Made by a program: the position numbers and the translations under genes. Positions 55,735 to 64,000 of a DNA stretch of 64,000 nt are shown piece by piece. Numbering within the stretch: position 1 is the first letter of the stretch; each line of letters begins with the position of its first letter. Location of the stretch: contig OZ176052.1 of NCBI GenBank assembly GCA_964247055.1, positions 8,122,001-8,186,000 on the forward strand, in the 5' to 3' direction. Below the pieces are notes generated by a model. It ran no database searches, was not told the DNA's origin, and saw only the letters and a program-made list of their open reading frames with translations. Origin of the DNA: Paragordius varius (taxonomy: Eukaryota > Animalia > Nematomorpha).

Positions 55735-57832
55735 ATATGTTCATCGATAAAATCAGTCATTTTTGCACCTTTTTTCCTTTAGTTTTTTTTGGTTATAATT
55801 GTGTTTTGATATGTTTTTTTTCATTAACCTTATTATAATTTTTGTTTCACGTTTTTATAATGTTATTTCGTTTTAATTACCTACTTTATTTCCTTCCATT
55901 CATTCATTGCAAATAATCTATTTTGACCCTTTACGCCAATTTGACAAATTATTTTAATTCATCCCTCTTAATTCAATAAATTTTCCTTTATCTACTTTTA
56001 CATTTTTTATGGTAGTCTTTATTTAAATTTAGTTGGGGAGTTAAGAGACGTCGTTAACATGATGTTGAATTTCATTACACTGTGCGCGCAAAAAGAAAAT
56101 TGTTCTATCATTCAATAACTGTTACCTTCAGTATAATAGGATTAACTGGAAAATTATTTTACTCATAAATCAAAAGTCGAATGATTTCATTTACTGCAGA
56201 TTTATTAAATGCTTCTTTGACCAGTTATTAGAGTATTTTTATTATAAGCCCTATCGGAGAGAAAAATCCCTAAGCAGAAGTTTAATTTTTACACCAGAGA
56301 TTCAAACAGGGAAAAATGTGGATCCAGAACCAGGGTTGTTTCTCTATAACAGGAACCCCGTCGGTTCTTTAAATTGGGGAAACTATACTAGGGTTTAAAA
56401 TTCAAACTTTTTTGATTCAAAATTGACGCCACCATTTTTAGCTTTAATTCTGTACTATTCAAGCTTTTTAAGAAATACAAATCCTAATTAATAATATACG
56501 TTTAGGATTATCTTTATGACACATATTAACTTGGTCGCAAATCATCGAACAAGATTTTCAAATCTTGAACATACCACGAAATGTAACAAACAGAGAAATT
56601 CCCAGTATCTGGGCCAAAATAATAACACCTATTAACGAATAAAATTTAGTTAATTCGCACTTTCCTCTTGCGGCATAATATGCGATGAAAATGCGATTTT
56701 TTAATTTTGGATAATAAAAGAAAAATAGAAATATTTTTTTCTTATATATAAATCGCATTTGTTATTTCTATATTTATAAATTTGAAGCTTTTAGCCATCG
56801 GATGATATAAGATTTATTTTTGAGCCCCATTTGTCGCATAGTGTAATTTTCCGCCTAAGATATTTTTATTAGAGGAAATTTATGCATCCAATTAGTTTTA
56901 AACATGAGACTATAGTTTATACCCTATTTTAAATTTGAACTGCTATTTTGAGATATTTTGTATCGTACGAAAATAATTTTAATTAAATAGTCATAAATAA
57001 TGTGTAATTAGTTACTCTCAATTAGATGTATAAAGCTAATTTAGTAAAAATGAATTTTTAAAAAAACCACCTACATATTAAAGCTTTGATTTTTCCACAA
57101 CTAATTACAATTTCTAAATTAAGTGTAACAATTTCATATCTAATCTTATTATGTCACCCAGAATAATGAGGTTTATTAAAAAATATTAATAAATTCAAAA
57201 ATGGTTGTCATTAAGGAAAAAATATTTCTATTTTTGTTTTTATGTTTTGTCCGTATAAATTTAATTATGTAAGTTTGGAGAACTTAAAACTTTAGTTGCT
57301 CCAAAATGAATTTGATTCTTATTTGATAAGATTTGATCGCTAAATGAATAAAATTTATATATAAATTTCGTTGGTTTTAATAAAATTCGTGGGTTTTTTC
57401 GAAATCTACTTTAAACATTTCAAATTTGAGGATATCATATTCACCCTTAAACATTTCATACTCACCCTAAAATTAAATTAAGTGACAAATCAAACTTAAG
57501 TGATCATTTTAACTTTACAAAAGCCCAATATTCATATATGTGCTCATAAATGCCTTTGGAAAAACAACGGCACAACATCGATTCTCAATTATCACTTACA
57601 CAGGTCTGGTAACAATAAAAATAATACATCTGGAGTTGCATTCCTTATTTATATTACTATGATAACATAATTATTAACTATGTGAAAACCGAGTTCTTAA
57701 CATTAAAATTTTAGATAAAATATTTTATCTTTTCTCCAATTAAGCACCACAATATGTATTATCTAAAAATAAACACAGTTTTATGATTTCTTGCAAGAAA
57801 AACTCTCTTTAATCCTGGACAATGTATTTTTA

Positions 57833-58990
57833 ATTTTAATGGGTGACCTCGATGCCCAGTTCGGGAAGCAATACATTGCTAATATGCATGGAGGATAGGA
57901 ACTGATGACATGAACGACAAAGGGCTACATTTGATCGATTTTTCACGAATCAGTAACAATAATTACATCAGAAGGTCTGACATAAGATGTTCAAACTATA
58001 CATGCTCACAGATGACGCAAAAAACTGCCGAATTTAAATCTTACCTCAAAACATTAAACTCGGACCAAGCTTGGGTAATTTATAATATACTTGTATCCAG
58101 ACAGTTAAATGTCTGGTGCGTAGAATAAAGGTCAATCAGAATTTTGGTGGAAAGAAAGAAAACATATAAAAAAGAAAAATTTAGCACAGGCGTTTAAAGG
58201 AAAAGAGACTAGTAATAAAAATTAAATCAAGAATCAAAGAATTTATGGAAAAATTATAAGAGAAACAAAAAATAAAGCTCTAAAGCTTAAAAAATAGTTA
58301 CATTAAAACTAAGATCAAAATTGTTTGTTCATGGTCTAAAAGCAATATTAATTGCACAACTGCACCACAATCAGTGAAAGTAGACAATAATTGACCAATA
58401 TGTAGATGCCTCAAACCCTCTAATTTTTGAAGTAAAATCCCATCACGTCGATTCCTATTCAAAGCTGCGCTGAAAACTTAACAGATTTAGATATCATTAC
58501 TGCTTTAATCAAAATGAACCGTAGACATTATTTAATTGATTGATTGTCAGTTACCGAACTCATATCTCGCAACTTTATTCAATAATATGATAAAAGACGA
58601 AATACCAAAATCACACGAAAAAATATATGAAAAAGTATTATAAAATCTTACCCAAAATACATCTAAACGAAATGCAATGAGGGTTCCAATCAAAGTAGAC
58701 GATTTGGCTCTTAAGTTAAACTAGAAATACCATAGTCAAGATTAAAAAACCTTAAGGAATAAGTAAGAGTTTCTAATAAAAATCTGACTCCACCAATGAT
58801 CCATATTAAGCCCAACTCTGTTTAATGTTATTTTGGAAAAAATATTAATTCAAAACCGCCATCCCATTTAATACTTTATGTATAGATCCAAAACTAATAC
58901 TCAATCTGAATCCTATTAAAAATATTATGAGAAACCTCCGATTACAATGGACCCGTACTGAAAGACGAGAAACTCATATCCATGTATCAT
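57833..58990 (+). mobile_element. Decayed RTE-type LINE fragments
   Basis: ILMGDLDAQFG...NDKGLHLIDF (AP endonuclease motif), VDDLAL and LSPTLFNVILEKI (RT motifs), with many stops and deletions. Confidence 0.7.
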
Positions 58991-60509
58991 ATCAATAGTG
59001 AGTACCAATTGGTCTAAAAATACTTATTTATAGGTAAATTGAAATGTTTATGAGTGAATTTGTGTTCAAGGGTAATGTAAATGGTATACCTTTATTGTTT
59101 TTAGTAAATATAAATTTTTATTTAATTACACTATGCGAGCGTTCATCTAAATTTTATAAATATCTATATCCCGATTTTTAAACATTGCACGTGTATGATC
59201 TGAAACATACTATGAATTATTTAATTGTTATTCGGATCGCTATTGTGTAGGTTAGACGTTCATAATGTAGATAAGGTCGAATGGCAATGTATAAATTTGG
59301 TATTTGGGTTTTTTCATTATGCATAAAAATTGATAAAACATAACCCACGCATGTTGAACTCTTTAATGGTTATTTAATGGTGTTGTTTACGGTTATTTAG
59401 GATTCAGATTAAATCTTTTGTGATTGTTTGGAAGGAGTTCCTAGGTCGGTTTACTTTCCAATATTTTCCACTTTCCAAATTTTAAGACCTTATCATTTGA
59501 TTTTTTGGCCTTGAAAGCTTTATAATTACCATGTACCGCGTTAATTGCATTTATTTTTTAAAATAAATTTGTTTGTTTTTTAATTAAATGAATCGATAAA
59601 AAGGACATGATATGGTTATATTTTAAAATTTATAGTTTCGGCATTATTCAAGCCCAGAATTTTCCGTTGAAATATAAATGCAAGATAATTTACCCAAATG
59701 TCTTTAATAACTGTGGCATGCCCTTATATATTTTTCAATAAACAGCTATTATTAATCCATTATTTATTGCTGAAATCAAAATTCAAACATTTCAAAAATA
59801 AATTATAAGATCCGCTTAAAATTTCGAATGTTCAACCATTATATAATTTATAATATTTGTTTATTATAAAATATTATTAAAGATAAAAATAACAATTAAA
59901 AACAAAATAAAAAAACTATTTTATATTTATATATTCACTGTCAGCGTCATTATGTGGAGAGAAGTCCCTAAAATGTTAAGATTTCTACACTCTATAAAGT
60001 TAATAGAAATTAATACTAAGGCTAGTGTTTTTATTTAGGAATGGATTTGCAAAATAATCGTGGTTTATTGCTATGCATAAAAATAAGCCAAACTTTTTCT
60101 CGTACAAATTTTCGATCACAATAAAATCAGTTTTATATGATAGTAGCGTCGTTCACACAATTTACGAAAATGAAAATATATACTTTCTCTATTTATATAG
60201 GCAACTGGTGATTTAATAGATTATTTTTACCATTATTTACGTATGAATAAATAAGTGCATATAAAATGTTTGATGAAAGAAGGCATTTTTAATGTTATTA
60301 TGATATTAACGGTAAGAATGTAATTGGTTGGACCCAATTTTAAAGTGTTACTTTTAACTAATCAAATTATTCAATATAATATAAATGGATAGTAATCAAA
60401 TTTTTATACTGTAAAACTTTGTTTGTGACATTTAAATTTAAATCGTAAAAAAAGTTCGAAAGAAAATGGAAAAAATTATATAATAGTGTTGAGAAAATCT
60501 AAGTGTGCT

Positions 60510-62610
<2,101 letters not shown>

Positions 62611-63419
62611 GAAAAACAATGTGATTAACTATTATGGCGAATGAGCCTATGAATTTTTCAGATTTGATGATACGACTCTAGTTAAGGATTTTTTTTTAAA
62701 TCTTCATAATAACAATTAATTATAAATCCATAATAATTTCATATATCTAAAAAATCAAACATTCAAATGTTTTTAGTTTCATCTAAATTGTATCATTTAT
62801 TTATTTCCATTAAAATGTGAATGCATGAGATAAAAGTTTAAGACTTTTTAGGCTAATTGATTTAATTATAAAGATAAACTGCTAATGATATAGCTATTAA
62901 AAAAATTTATCTTTATTGAGGGATTTTATTCCCAGGCATTTTGTGATCAAATATTTTACCGAGTTTGAAATAATATGAGAATATATATGCATTTGTATAA
63001 CACACTGCGTCCATTGGGGAGAAAAAAATATCCTATTTGTATTCTGATTAATAAGCGTCTTAAGATTATGGTGTTTTAAGTTTTGATGCCTAGTGGTCAT
63101 ATAAGAAAACAATTTGCACTTTTGTAATGAATGCTTGATACATAGAAATGGTAGTAGCGCACATTTTTTGGTTAAATGCCTTATTCCAAACAATATCATT
63201 GTAGCATATGTTATTGTCAGAGCTAAGATAGGGGCGATTTTTCGCTATTTCTTTAGTGTAGTAACGACAGCTTAAACTGTTAGATGTGATTAATATCAAC
63301 GATTGCATTGTTAGCTTGGTTTCTTTAGCTAAATATAGATCCTACGCATTTTACATCATCCACGTTTTTTTGAGCCTTCAACATTGCAGACATAAGCTGT
63401 ACATGTTTTTGGCTCTAGT

Positions 63420-63780
63420 GATGTGGACGAAGTTAGAAAACTTTATTTTAAGGCATAAGCCGTATAAGAATTTTTCAGGTTTGATTTTATCCAGGATTTC
63501 AGTGTTTTAATCTTATCTTTCCAATTTATCTGCAGCAATTCTCTACAAGACCACATTCGACATTGATATACCTTTCATCTCCTATCTTTGTCCAATTTGA
63601 GGCGTACAGCATGCTTGGGAAGATCAGCGATTTGACCAGTCTGATTTTGGTTTTAAGTTTGATATCGTGGGAAGACCATAGTTTTTGTATTTAATCATAT
63701 TTGCTTTGCCAATTGCTATTCTTCTTTTGGGTGCTATTGTTATATGCGTTGATTAAACTACCAAGATAAATGTATTACAT
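63420..63780 (-). mobile_element. Decayed RTE-type LINE 3' fragment (RT thumb region)
   Basis: Minus strand gives YIYLGSLIN...RRIAIGK...LWSSHDIKLKTKIRLVKSLIFPSMLYAS across frameshifts. Confidence 0.7.
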
Positions 63781-64000
63781 GATTTGGGTACCCATAAATG
63801 CTAAAATATTGGGTGGGGTGATAAAAAAATCGCACATGACTTGTAAACCAAGCGTGGCAAGTTGAGCAAGATTACTTAAGCCAGCAAGCGTACACTTGAA
63901 GATCGGTGATAAAAAAATAAAGTCAAGTCTTTTGCTAATGGATGCAACATTTTTTTGCCACCCAATTCAAATTTTATGGAAAAATTTTTGATCATTTTCA

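Overview
Very AT-rich animal genomic DNA with spliced genes, not prokaryotic. Host genes: a tandem cluster of LRR single-pass receptors without a TIR domain (3' end of one paralog at 327-2175, a pseudo-exon at about 11.1-11.4 kb, a complete 681-aa gene at 13626-19527); cytochrome c (25497-25832); an orphan Ser/Val/Ala/Pro-rich gene (minus, 5' end unresolved); a very divergent APC (minus, about 36.2-44.3 kb); a 16-exon cytoplasmic poly(A)-binding protein (49229-55734); and Rab11 (minus, 60510-62610). Much of the remainder is nested transposon DNA with termini and target duplications still readable: four copies of a non-autonomous Helitron with about 165-bp internal repeats, several hAT elements, CAC-terminal elements with TWA target duplications (Chapaev3-like), TTAA-flanked piggyBac-like MITEs, tRNA-derived SINEs and RTE LINE remnants. 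Most notable: (1) nine GT-AG introns of only 22-27 nt in four genes that sit beside introns of 0.8-3 kb; (2) a hAT element carrying an inverted, deleted copy of its own transposase, a possible self-silencing hairpin; (3) a minimal hammerhead ribozyme inside an inverted repeat; (4) a mobile element apparently carrying a captured membrane-protein exon; (5) a cytochrome c with three extra cysteines. All gene models and identities were read by hand from the sequence; no database searches were run.
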